Below are positions 11,101-22,800 of a stretch of DNA of 37,988 nucleotides, piece by piece. Numbering within the stretch: the first letter of the stretch is position 1; each line of letters begins with the position of its first letter. The notes under the pieces are model-generated. The model was given only the letters and a program-made list of their open reading frames with translations. It did not search any database and had not been told where the DNA came from. Location of the stretch: contig JAUCBJ010002691.1 of the NCBI GenBank assembly GCA_032718475.1, positions 1 through 37,988 of the forward strand, given 5' to 3'. The DNA comes from Nemertoderma westbladi (Eukaryota; Animalia; Xenacoelomorpha). The position numbers and the translations under genes were made by a program.

Positions 11101-14100
11101 GAACTTGGTGAGTTAAATTGGCTGACTGGGTTCGGGGAACTCGGTGGGTTTATTGGCTGACTGGGTTCGGGGAACTCGGTGAGTTTATTGGCTGACTGAG
11201 TTCGTGGAACTTTGTGAGTTTATTTGCTGGGTTCGGGGAACTTGGCGAGTATATTGGCTGAGTGGGTTCGGGGAACTTGGTGAGTTTATTTGTTGGGTTC
11301 GGGGAACTTGGTGAGTTTATTGGCCGGGTTTGGGGAACGTGGTGAGTTTATTGGCCGGGTTCGGGGAACTTGGTGAGTTTATTGGCCGGGTTCGGGGAAC
11401 TTGGTGAGTTAATTGGCTGACTGGGTTCGGGGAACTTTGTGAGTTTATTTGCTGGGTTCGGGGAACTTGGTGAGTATATTGGCTGAGTGGGTTCGGGGAA
11501 CTTGGTGAGTTTATTGGCCGGGTTCGGGGAACTTGGTGAGTTTATTGGCCGGGTTCGGGGAACTTGGTGAGTTAAATTGGCTGACTGGGTTCGGGGAACT
11601 TGGTGAGTTTATTGGCTGAGTTCGTGGAACTTTGTGAGTTTATTTGCTGGGTTCGGGGAACTTGGCGAGTATATTGGCTGAGTGGGTTCGGGGAACTTGG
11701 TGAGTTTATTTGTTGGGTTCGGGGAACTTGGTGAGTTTATTGGCCGGGTTTGGGGAACGTGGTGAGTTTATTGGCCGGGTTCGGGGAACTTGGTGAGTTA
11801 ATTGGCTGACTGGGTTCGGGGAACTTTGTGAGTTTATTTGCTGGGTTCGGGGAACTTGGCGAGTATATTGGCTGAGTGGGTTCGGGGAACTTGGTGAGTT
11901 TATTTGTTGGGTTCGGGGAACTTGGTGAGTTTATTGGCCGGGTTCGGGGAACTTGGTGAGTTAAATTGGCTGACTGGGTTCGGGGAACTCGGTGGGTTTA
12001 TTGGCTGAGTTCGTGGAACTTTGTGAGTTTATTTGCTGGGTTCGGGGAACTTGGCGAGTATATTGGCTGAGTGGGTTCGGGGAACTTGGTGAGTTTATTT
12101 GTTGGGTTCGGGGAACTTGGTGAGTTTATTGGCCGGGTTTGGGGAACGTGGTGAGTTTATTGGCCGGGTTCGGGGAACTTGGTGAGTTAATTGGCTGACT
12201 GGGTTCGGGGAACTCGGTGGGTTTATTGGCTGACTGGGTTCGGGGAACTCGGTGAGTTTATTGGCTGACTGAGTTCGTGGAACTTTGTGAGTTTATTTGC
12301 TGGGTTCGGGGAACTTGGCGAGTATATTGGCTGAGTGGGTTCGGGGAACTTGGTGAGTTTATTTGTTGGGTTCGGGGAACTTGGTGAGTTTATTGGCCGG
12401 GTTTGGGGAACGTGGTGAGTTTATTGGCCGGGTTCGGGGAACTTGGTGAGTTTATTGGCCGGGTTCGGGGAACTCGGTGAGTTTATTGGCTGACTGAGTT
12501 CGTGGAACTTTGTGAGTTTATTTGCTGGGTTCGGGGAACTTGGCGAGTATATTGGCTGAGTGGGTTCGGGGAACTTGGTGAGTTTATTTGTTGGGTTCGG
12601 GGAACTTGGTGAGTTTATTGGCCGGGTTTGGGGAACGTGGTGAGTTTATTGGCCGGGTTCGGGGAACTTTGTGAGTTTATTTGCTGGGTTCGGGGAACTT
12701 GGTGAGTATATTGGCTGAGTGGGTTCGGGGAACTTGGTGAGTTTATTGGCCGGGTTCGGGGAACTTGGTGAGTTTATTGGCCGGGTTCGGGGAACTTGGT
12801 GAGTTAAATTGGCTGACTGGGTTCGGGGAACTTGGTGAGTTTATTGGCTGAGTTCGTGGAACTTTGTGAGTTTATTTGCTGGGTTCGGGGAACTTGGCGA
12901 GTATATTGGCTGAGTGGGTTCGGGGAACTTGGTGAGTTTATTTGTTGGGTTCGGGGAACTTGGTGAGTTTATTGGCCGGGTTTGGGGAACGTGGTGAGTT
13001 TATTGGCCGGGTTCGGGGAACTTGGTGAGTTAATTGGCTGACTGGGTTCGGGGAACTTTGTGAGTTTATTTGCTGGGTTCGGGGAACTTGGCGAGTATAT
13101 TGGCTGAGTGGGTTCGGGGAACTTGGTGAGTTTATTTGTTGGGTTCGGGGAACTTGGTGAGTTTATTGGCCGGGTTCGGGGAACTTGGTGAGTTAAATTG
13201 GCTGACTGGGTTCGGGGAACTCGGTGGGTTTATTGGCTGAGTTCGTGGAACTTTGTGAGTTTATTTGCTGGGTTCGGGGAACTTGGCGAGTATATTGGCT
13301 GAGTGGGTTCGGGGAACTTGGTGAGTTTATTTGTTGGGTTCGGGGAACTTGGTGAGTTTATTGGCCGGGTTTGGGGAACGTGGTGAGTTTATTGGCCGGG
13401 TTCGGGGAACTTGGTGAGTTAATTGGCTGACTGGGTTCGGGGAACTTGGTGAGTTTATTGGCTGAATTCGGGGATCTTTGTGAGTTTATTTGCTGGGTTC
13501 GGGGGACTTGGTGAGTTTATTGGCTGACTGGGTTCGTGGAACTTGGTGAGTTTATTTGCTGCGTTCGTGGAGCTTGGTGAGTTTATTTGCTGGGTTCGGG
13601 GAACTTGGTAAGTTTATTTGTTGGGTTCGGGGAACTTGGTGAGTTTATTTGCTGGGTTCGACGAACTTGTTGAGTTTATTGGCTGACTGGGTTCGGGGAA
13701 CTTAGGGAGTCTATTGATTGGGTTCGGGGAACTCGGTGAGTTTATTGGCTGAGTTCGGGGAACTTGGTGAGTTTATTGGCCGGGTTCGGGGAACTTGGTG
13801 AGTTAAATTGGCTGACTGGGTTCGGGGAACTCGGTGGGTTTATTGGCTGACTGGGTTCGGGGAACTCGGTGAGTTTATTGGCTGACTGAGTTCGTGGAAC
13901 TTTGTGAGTTTATTTGCTGGGTTCGGGGAACTTGGCGAGTATATTGGCTGAGTGGGTTCGGGGAACTTGGTGAGTTTATTTGTTGGGTTCGGGGAACTTG
14001 GTGAGTTTATTGGCCGGGTTTGGGGAACGTGGTGAGTTTATTGGCCGGGTTCGGGGAACTTGGTGAGTTAATTGGCTGACTGGGTTCGGGGAACTTGGTG

Positions 14101-17046
14101 AGTTTATTGGCTGACTGGGTTCGGGGAACTTAGGGAGTCTATTGATTGGGTTCGGGGAACTTGGTGAGTTTATTGGCTGAATTCGGGGATCTTTGTGAGT
14201 TTATTTGCTGGGTTCGGGGGACTTGGTGAGTTTATTGGCTGACTGGGTTCGTGGAACTTGGTGAGTTTATTTGCTGCGTTCGTGGAGCTTGGTGAGTTTA
14301 TTTGCTGGGTTCGGGGAACTTGGTAAGTTTATTTGTTGGGTTCGGGGAACTTGGTGAGTTTATTTGCTGGGTTCGACGAACTTGTTGAGTTTATTGGCTG
14401 ACTGGGTTCGGGGAACTTAGGGAGTCTATTGATTGGGTTCGGGGAACTCGGTGAGTTTATTGGCTGAGTTCGGGGAACTTGGTGAGTTTATTGGCCGGGT
14501 TCGGGGAACTTGGTGAGTTAAATTGGCTGACTGGGTTCGGGGAACTCGGTGGGTTTATTGGCTGACTGGGTTCGGGGAACTCGGTGAGTTTATTGGCTGA
14601 CTGAGTTCGTGGAACTTTGTGAGTTTATTTGCTGGGTTCGGGGAACTTGGCGAGTATATTGGCTGAGTGGGTTCGGGGAACTTGGTGAGTTTATTTGTTG
14701 GGTTCGGGGAACTTGGTGAGTTTATTGGCTGACTGGGTTCGGAGAACTTGGTGAGTTTATTTGTTGGGTTCGGGGAACTTGGTGAGTTTATTTGCTGGGT
14801 TCGGGGAACTTGGCGAGTATATTGGCTGAGTGGGTTCGGGGAACTTGGTGAGTTTATTGGCTGACTGGGTTCGGAGAACTTGGTGAGTTTATTTGTTGGG
14901 TTCGGGGAACTTGGTGAGTTTATTTGCTGGGTTCGGGGAACTTGGCGAGTATATTGGCTGAGTGGGTTCGGGGAACTTGGTAAGTTTATTTGTTGGGTTC
15001 GGGGAACTTGGTGAGTTTATTGGCTGACTGGGTTCGGAGAACTTGGTGAGTTTATTTGTTGGGTTCGGGGAACTTGGTGAGTTTATTGGCCGGGTTCGGG
15101 GAACTTGGTGAGTTTATTGGCCGGGTTCGGGGAACTTGGTGAGTTTATTTGCTGGGTTCGGGGAACTTGGTGAGTTTATTGGCTGACTGGGTTCGGAGAA
15201 CTTGGTGAGTTTATTTGTTGGGTTTGGGGAACGTGGTGAGTTTATTGGCCGGGTTCGGGGAACTTGGTGAGTTAATTGGCTGAATTCGGGGATCTTTGTG
15301 AGTTTATTGGCTGACTGGGTTCGGAGAACTTGGTGAGTTTATTTGTTGGGTTTGGGGAACGTGGTGAGTTTATTGGCCGGGTTCGGGGAACTTGGTGAGT
15401 TAATTGGCTGAATTCGGGGATCTTTGTGAGTTTATTGGCTGACTGGGTTCGGAGAACTTGGTGAGTTTATTTGTTGGGTTCGGGGAACTTGGTGAGTTTA
15501 TTGGCTGACTGGGTTCGGAGAACTTGGTGAGTTTATTTGTTGGGTTCGGGGAACTTGGTGAGTTTATTGGCCGGGTTTGGGGAACGTGGTGAGTTTATTG
15601 GCCGGGTTCGGGGAACTTGGTGAGTTAATTGGCTGAATTCGGGGATCTTTGTGAGTTTATTTGCTGGGTTCGGGGGACTTGGTGAGTTTATTGGCTGACT
15701 GGGTTCGTGGAACTTGGTGAGTTTATTTGCTGCGTTCGTGGAGCTTGGTGAGTTTATTTGCTGGGTTCGGGGAACTTGGTAAGTTTATTTGTTGGGTTCG
15801 GGGAACTTGGTGAGTTTATTTGCTGGGTTCGACGAACTTGTTGAGTTTATTGGCTGACTGGGTTCGGGGAACTTAGGGAGTCTATTGATTGGGTTCGGGG
15901 AACTCGGTGAGTTTATTGGCTGAGTTCGGGGAACTTGGTGAGTTTATTGGCTGACTGGGTTCGGGGAACTTGGTAAGTTTATTTGTTGGGTTCGGGGAAC
16001 TTGGTGAGTTTATTGGCTGACTGGGTTCGGGGAACTTGGTGAGTTTATTTGTTGGGTTCGGGGAACTTGGTGAGTTTATTGGCCGGGTTTGGGGAACGTG
16101 GTGAGTTTATTGGCCGGGTTCGGGGAACTTGGTGAGTTAATTGGCTGACTGGGTTCGGGGAACTCGGTGAGTTTATTGGCTGAATTCGGGGATCTTTGTG
16201 AGTTTATTTGCTGGGTTCGGGGGACTTGGTGAGTTTATTGGCTGACTGGGTTCGTGGAACTTGGTGAGTTTATTTGCTGCGTTCGTGGAGCTTGGTGAGT
16301 TTATTTGCTGGGTTCGGGGAACTTGGTAAGTTTATTTGTTGGGTTCGGGGAACTTGGTGAGTTTATTTGCTGGGTTCGACGAACTTGTTGAGTTTATTGG
16401 CTGACTGGGTTCGGGGAACTTAGGGAGTCTATTGATTGGGTTCGGGGAACTCGGTGAGTTTATTGGCTGAGTTCGGGGAACTTGGTGAGTTTATTGGCCG
16501 GGTTCGGGGAACTTGGTGAGTTTATTTGCTGGGTTCGGGGAACTTGGTGAGTTTATTGGCTGACTGGGTTCGGGGAACTTGGTGAGTTTATTTGTTGGGT
16601 TCGGGGAACTTGGTGAGTTTATTGGCTGACTGGGTTCGGGGAACTTAGGTGAGTCTATTGGCCGGGTTCGGGGAACTCGGTGAGTTTATTGGCTGAGTTC
16701 GGGGAACTTGGTGAGTTTATTGGCTGACTGGGTTCGGGGAACTTAGGGAGTCTATTGATTGGGTTCGGGGAACTCGGTGAGTTTATTGGCTGAGTTCGGG
16801 GTACTTGGTGAGTTTATTGGCCGGGTTCGGAGAACTTGGTGAGTTTATTTATTGGCCGGGTTCGGGGAACTTGGTGAGTTTATTGGCTGACTGGGTTCGG
16901 GGAACTCAGTGAGTTTATTGGCTGGGTTCGGGGAACTTAGTGAGTTTATTTGCTGGGTTCGACGAACTTGTTGAGTTTATTGGCTGACTGGGTTCGGGGA
17001 ACTCAGTGAGTTTATTGGCTGGGTTCGGGGAACTTAGTGAGTTTAT
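8155..17046. repeat. ~8.9-kb satellite of 31-bp and 35-bp units (roughly 270 copies)
   Basis: Consensus GGTTCGGGGAACTTGGTGAGTTTATTGGCCG, with a variant carrying a 4-nt insertion (GGCTGACTG). Begins in the last bases of PASK exon C. Confidence 0.98.
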
Positions 17047-17048
17047 CA

Positions 17049-18065
17049 TTCAGGGAATCTCATTGATCTCAATGGCTACAAAGCTATACAATAGAATTAT
17101 ATTAATTCGCATTAGGGATCCCATTGAGAGACTGCTCCGTGGACATCAGAATGGGTTCCGTAAAGGTCGTTGGACTATGGAGCCCATGTTGGCACTTAGA
17201 AGGATAATGGAGAGTTATCGAAAAAGAAAGACAGACATCTGGCTGTTATCTTTGTTGACTTCTTCAAGGCCTTTGATTCAGTCTCTCGCTCACGTATGTT
17301 CATCATACTTTCATTATATTGGATTCCTGATGAAATTATTGCAGCAATCAGATCAGTATACGATGGTTCGACAACATTTGTGTCTACTGTTGACGGTGAC
17401 ACAGAACCATTCGAAGTGTTATGGGGAGTCCTCCAGGGAGACACACTTGCACCATTCTTGTTCATTATTGTTCATTATTAAATGGGCTTTCCATGATTTG
17501 GAAGTCACACAGAATTCATCGGAAACTTAAGGTCCGATTATTTAGAGCAGCAGTAGTTCCAGTACTACTCTATGGGAGTCCATGCTGGGCTCAACTGCTG
17601 AGTACACCAAATCTCTGGATGGCACATTCACAAGAATGCTACGCCGGGTTCATTGTGTCAAGTACAATGCACACATCTCCAACCAGACACTATATAACAT
17701 TGGAGGTGTCTCATTGGTTCCCCCAAGCTTGACACTAGAACAAAGCCGCCTCGCTTTGCAGGCCAATGTTTTCGCCGTGAGGACCAGCCAGTGCATAATC
17801 TCGTACTTTGGCAGCCTCATGGAGTGAATAAGCATGGTGGACAGCCCATGACTTTTGTGAGACGACGCTTAAAGGACATTGGCCTTGAAGATGCGGATAG
17901 TCTCGCGAAAGTCATGGGTGATAGGGAGTTGGGGCGGCATAGCATTCTTAATGCACGGGCTTGCCAATTATTGTTGATTGCATGGTGTTGACAAAATGTT
18001 TTTCTTAAGCCGGCATAGCATCTCAATGTGCAGTTTCAATGCCGCAGGCGGATTATAGTAGGAGT
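17049..18065 (+). mobile_element. Decayed, 5'-truncated non-LTR retrotransposon (RT fragment, RTE/RTEX-like)
   Basis: Frameshifted RT motifs GISLISMATKLYNRII, HQNGFRKGR, IFVDFFKAFDSV and GVLQGDTLAPFLF, then a deletion of the YADD region, then KLKVRLFRAAVVPVLLYGS. Ends in a degenerate TAG-repeat tail. Clade assignment is by motif recollection. Confidence 0.9.
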
Positions 18066-18146
18066 GGCTGGCTTCAGGGAATTTGGTGAGTTTATTGGAT
18101 GGCTGGGTTCAGGCAGGGAACTTTGTGGGTTTGTTCGGGAACTTAT
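18066..18146. repeat. Degenerate remnant of the 31-bp satellite beyond the LINE
   Basis: GGGAATTTGGTGAGTTTATTGG...GTTCGGGGAACTTA. Confidence 0.85.
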
Positions 18147-18454
18147 AGAATGAGACCTATCTGTATAGAACATATAGTATATCTTCTAATGAAACTACTT
18201 TTGGTGGTGTTATTATGATTAAAATATTAATTATTACTATGATAAGAAGCTTATTGATTAATTTATTTTAATTTTATAAAAAGAAATTAACAATTTTTTA
18301 AAAAGACATCGTTAATATTAAATATTACAGATTTAAATAAAACACGGCGGAGGGGAGTGTGAGGTCCCGAATAAATACTCCGTTCTAGAATTCCTTCCCA
18401 CAGTATTTTGTAATATTATTTTCTTCCTCACTGTATGTGTTTTCTTCCTCTCAG

Positions 18455-18587
18455 CCCTGTGCAACACCGGACACTACTGACGCATCAACCCCCCTAACTA
18501 TCTGCCAATCAGATGACGAGTTATTATTGGACCCGGGTAGAGGTGAATACACCAATAAATACGATACACTTCAACCAATAGGAAAGG
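18455..18587 (+). CDS. PASK: PAS kinase exon D (start of kinase domain, GEYTNKYDTLQPIGKG)
   Basis: Not in the ORF track. Polypyrimidine tract plus tctcag|CCC, donor G|gtgagt. Joins the next exon to form the Gly-rich loop GKGAFG. Confidence 0.93.
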
Positions 18588-18991
18588 GTGAGTATAATCA
18601 ATTAACACTTTAATTTAAATAATTAAGAGCGCTTTTTTAGTAGCTTTAGCAATTGGTTATTATTAAAACGGTGCCACAGTATATATAACTTTGATATTAG
18701 TAAAGAATAATTAGATCAATAATTACGGGTGTTTTAATAAAAGAAGATAAATCTGGAAGTTTAATTTAAATACATTATTAGCTAAATAAATAAATATTTG
18801 TGTAAAAGTCAAGGCCTACCTACCTAAAATACTTTACAAATACTAAATACTAAAATGTTTTATGTAGCCCGCGCGGTAAAAGTGTATAATACCACGAAGT
18901 CTAGCCTATGGTACAATGGGACACCATATTTTCGATTAATGAAAATTCAATTAATTTAATTACAATAATATTTGCTGTGTTTTTCTCTTAG

Positions 18992-19167
18992 GAGCTTTTG
19001 GGTTCGTACGATTGGCTCGGTGTCGCGCCAACGCAGAAATCGTCGTTGTTAAATTTATACGAAAGTCCAAGATTCTGGAGGATTCCTGGGTGGACGACCC
19101 AGTAATGGGATGCGTTCCTACCGAGATATCCCTGTTGGCTCAACTGGAACACCCAAATATTGTCATG
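18992..19167 (+). CDS. PASK: PAS kinase exon E (AFGFV...VVVKFIRK...EISLLAQLEHPNIV)
   Basis: Acceptor tcttag|GA, donor ATG|gtaact; kinase subdomains I-IV. Confidence 0.95.
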
Positions 19168-19405
19168 GTAACTTGGATATTATTCAATCGCATAATAATT
19201 ATTGTATGCTAATTAATAATGAATCTAGTGATTAAACGAATGTGGTAATTTTTAATTATCAATTAATTTAAACCGGCCGCCTGACAAAGTAATAAAGTAT
19301 CCAATACAAAGTATATATAATAAAGTTTTGCGACCCCTCTTTATTCGGACGTCATGGTTACGGATGGGGTTTAATTAATGGATCTGTAGACAGTAACTAA
19401 TGTAA

Positions 19406-19597
<192 letters not shown>

Positions 19598-19694
19598 TGA
19601 ATTAATATGACAACTGAAAATGTCATAGTCAACATTTTTGAACAAAAAAAATGAAAAATGTTGAAAATGCATCTGTTACTTCTTCGTAGATTCC

Positions 19695-19773
19695 TTTAAC
19701 CTTTGGTTTTTATGGTTCGGATTTCAGATTGTTTTAACCTTTGGTTTTATGGATCGGATTTCAGATTTCAGAT
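19695..19773. repeat. Short tandem duplication (~38 bp x2)
   Basis: TTTAACCTTTGGTTTT(T)ATGGWTCGGATTTCAGATT occurs twice. Confidence 0.85.
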
Positions 19774-19821
19774 CCCACTATTATAGGAGACATTTTGAGA
19801 TAGGTCCCAAGTAGTACTACA

Positions 19822-22800
19822 ACTGCCAGGCTCAAACTCATAAAAAGTGTCCAAAAAAATTATTTTTTTGTAAAATAAAAAAGTTGCCTAAAACATGTAA
19901 TATTATATATGACCAGAAAGCTCTCGATGCGCTGAATTCAATGGTGGTAATTTCCCAATAGATCCCAACCTCCTGGTAACAAATAATTAAGAAAAACAGA
20001 TGTCCATTCCTGTAACACTTGTCCCACAATGTAACGCCCGATATCAGCCAATCAGAGCCCTTGAATTGTGATTTCCGATTCCTGTAACAATTTGTCCCAC
20101 CATGTAACACCAGTTGTAATTACACTGCAATGTTAAATTAACCTAGATTTCGTCTCCGAGTGGGAGCTATGCAGCCATTCCTGATCCCAGTAACACCTCC
20201 CAATAAAGCTTATTTGAAAATATAATCAATCATAAGAAATCTTTATGGTCCTTATGTAAGAAAAAATTATAAAATATGATAGTTTATCAAATAAACATAA
20301 ATGTTATAATAAACTTATAACTGTTATATATCACAGAACTCCACAGATCCTGCTGTGCCTCCCACTCAGTCTTCAACACCCTCCACAGCTACTCCTGTAC
20401 TTCCCACTCCTTTTTTCCCACCCTCCACAGATCCTCCTGTACTTCCCAATACGTCTCCCACACCCTCCACAGATACTCCTGTACTTTCCACTCCGTCTCC
20501 CACACCCTCCACAGATCCTCCTGTACTTCCCAATCCGTCGTCCACACCCTCCACAGATCATCCTGTACTTCCCAATCCGTCATCCACACCCTCCACAGAT
20601 CCTCCTGTACTTCCCAATCCGTCTCCCACACCCCCACAGATCCTCCTGTACTTCCCACTCCGTCTCCCACACCCTCCACAGATCCCCCCATACTTCCCAC
20701 TACGTCTCCCACACCCTCCACAGATCCTCCTGTGCTTCCCAATCCGTCGTCCACACCCTCAACAGATCCTCCTGTACTTCCCAATCCGTCTCCCACACCC
20801 TTCACAGATCCTCCTGAAACTTTCCACTCCGTCTCCCACACCCTCCACAGATCCTCCTGTGCTTCCCAATCCGTCGTCCACACCCTCAACAGATCCTCCT
20901 GTACTTCCCAATCCGTCTCCCACACCCTTCACAGATCCTCCTGAAACTTTCCACTACGTCTCCCACACCCTCCACAGATCCTCCTGTGCTTCCCAATCCG
21001 TCGTCCACACCCTCAACAGATCCTCCTGTACTTCCCAATCCGTCTCCCACACCCTTCACAGATCCTCCTGTACTTCCCAATCCGTCTCCCACACCCTCCA
21101 CAGATCCTCCTGTACTTCCCATTCCGTCTCCCACACCCTCCACAGATCCTCCTGTACTTCCCAATCCGTCGTCCACACCCTCCACAGATCCTCCTGTACT
21201 TCCCAATCCGTCTCCCACACCCTCCACAGATCCTCCTGTACTTCCCATTCCGTCTCCCACACCCTCCACAGATCCTCCTGTACTTCCCAATCCGTCTCCC
21301 ACACCCTCCACAGATCCTCCTGTACTTCCCACTCCATCTCCCACACCCTTCACAGATCCCCCCATACTTCCCACTCCGTCTCCCACACCCTCCACAGATC
21401 CCCCCATACTTCCCACTCCGTCTCCCACACCCTCCACAGATCCTCCTGTACTTTCCACTCCGCCTCCCACACCCACCACAGATCCTCCTGTACTTCCCAC
21501 TCCGTCTCCCACACCCTCCACAGATCCCCCCATACTTCCCACTCCGTCTCCCACACCCTCCACAGATCCTCCTGTAGTACTTCCCAATCCGTCGTCCACA
21601 CCCTCCACAGATCCTCCTGTACTTCCCACTCCGTCTCCCACACCCTCCACAGATCCTCCTGTACTTTCTACTCCGTCTCCCACACCCTCCACAGATCCTC
21701 CTGTACTTCCCAATCCGTCGTCCCACACCCTCCACAGATCCTCCTGTACTTCCCACTCCGTCTCCCACACCCTCCACAGATCCCCCTGTACTTCCCACTC
21801 CGTCTCCCACACCCTCCACAGATCCCCCCATACTTCCCACTCCGTCTCCCACACCCTCCACAGATCCTCCTGTACTTTCCACTCCGCCTCCCACACCCAC
21901 CACAGATCCTCCTGTACTTCCCACTCCGTCTCCCACACCCTCCACAGATCCCCCCATACTTCCCACTCCGTCTCCCACACCCTCCACAGATCCTCCTGTA
22001 GTACTTCCCAATCCGTCGTCCACACCCTCCACAGATCCTCCTGTACTTCCCACTCCGTCTCCCACACCCTCCACAGATCCTCCTGTACTTTCTACTCCGT
22101 CTCCCACACCCTCCACAGATCCTCCTGTACTTCCCAATCCGTCGTCCCACACCCTCCACAGATCCTCCTGTACTTCCCACTCCGTCTCCCACACCCTCCA
22201 CAGATCCTCCTGCACTTTCTACTCCGTCTCCCACACCCTCCACAGATCCTCCTGTACTTCCCAATCCGTCGTCCACACCCTCCACAGATCCTCCTGTACT
22301 TCCCAATCCGCCTCCCACACCCTCCACAGATCCTCCTGTACTTCCCACTCCGTCTCCCACACCCTCCACAGATCCTCCTGTACTTCCCAATCCGTCGTCC
22401 ACACCCTCCACAGATCCTCCTGTACTTCCCAATACGTCTCCCACACCCTCCACAGATACTCCTGTACTTTCCACTCCGTCTCCCACACCCCCACAGATCC
22501 TCCTGTACTTCCCACTCCGTCTCCCACACCCTCCACAGATCCCCCCATTCTTCCCACTACGTCTCCCACACCCTCCACAGATCCTCCTGTGCTTCCCAAT
22601 CCGTCGTCCACACCCTCCACAGATCCTCCTGTACTTCCCAATACGTCTCCCACACCCTCCACAGATACTCCTGTACTTTCCACTCCGTCTCCCACACCCT
22701 CCACAGATCCTCCTGTACTTCCCACTCCGTCTCCCACACCCTCCACAGATCCTCCTGTACTTCCCAATCCGTCGTCCACACCCTCAACAGATCCTCCTGT

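Noticed and set aside
8155-17046. CRISPR-like appearance of the ~31-35 bp periodic array
   Set aside because: Units are head-to-tail with no unique spacers, there are no cas genes and the context is eukaryotic.
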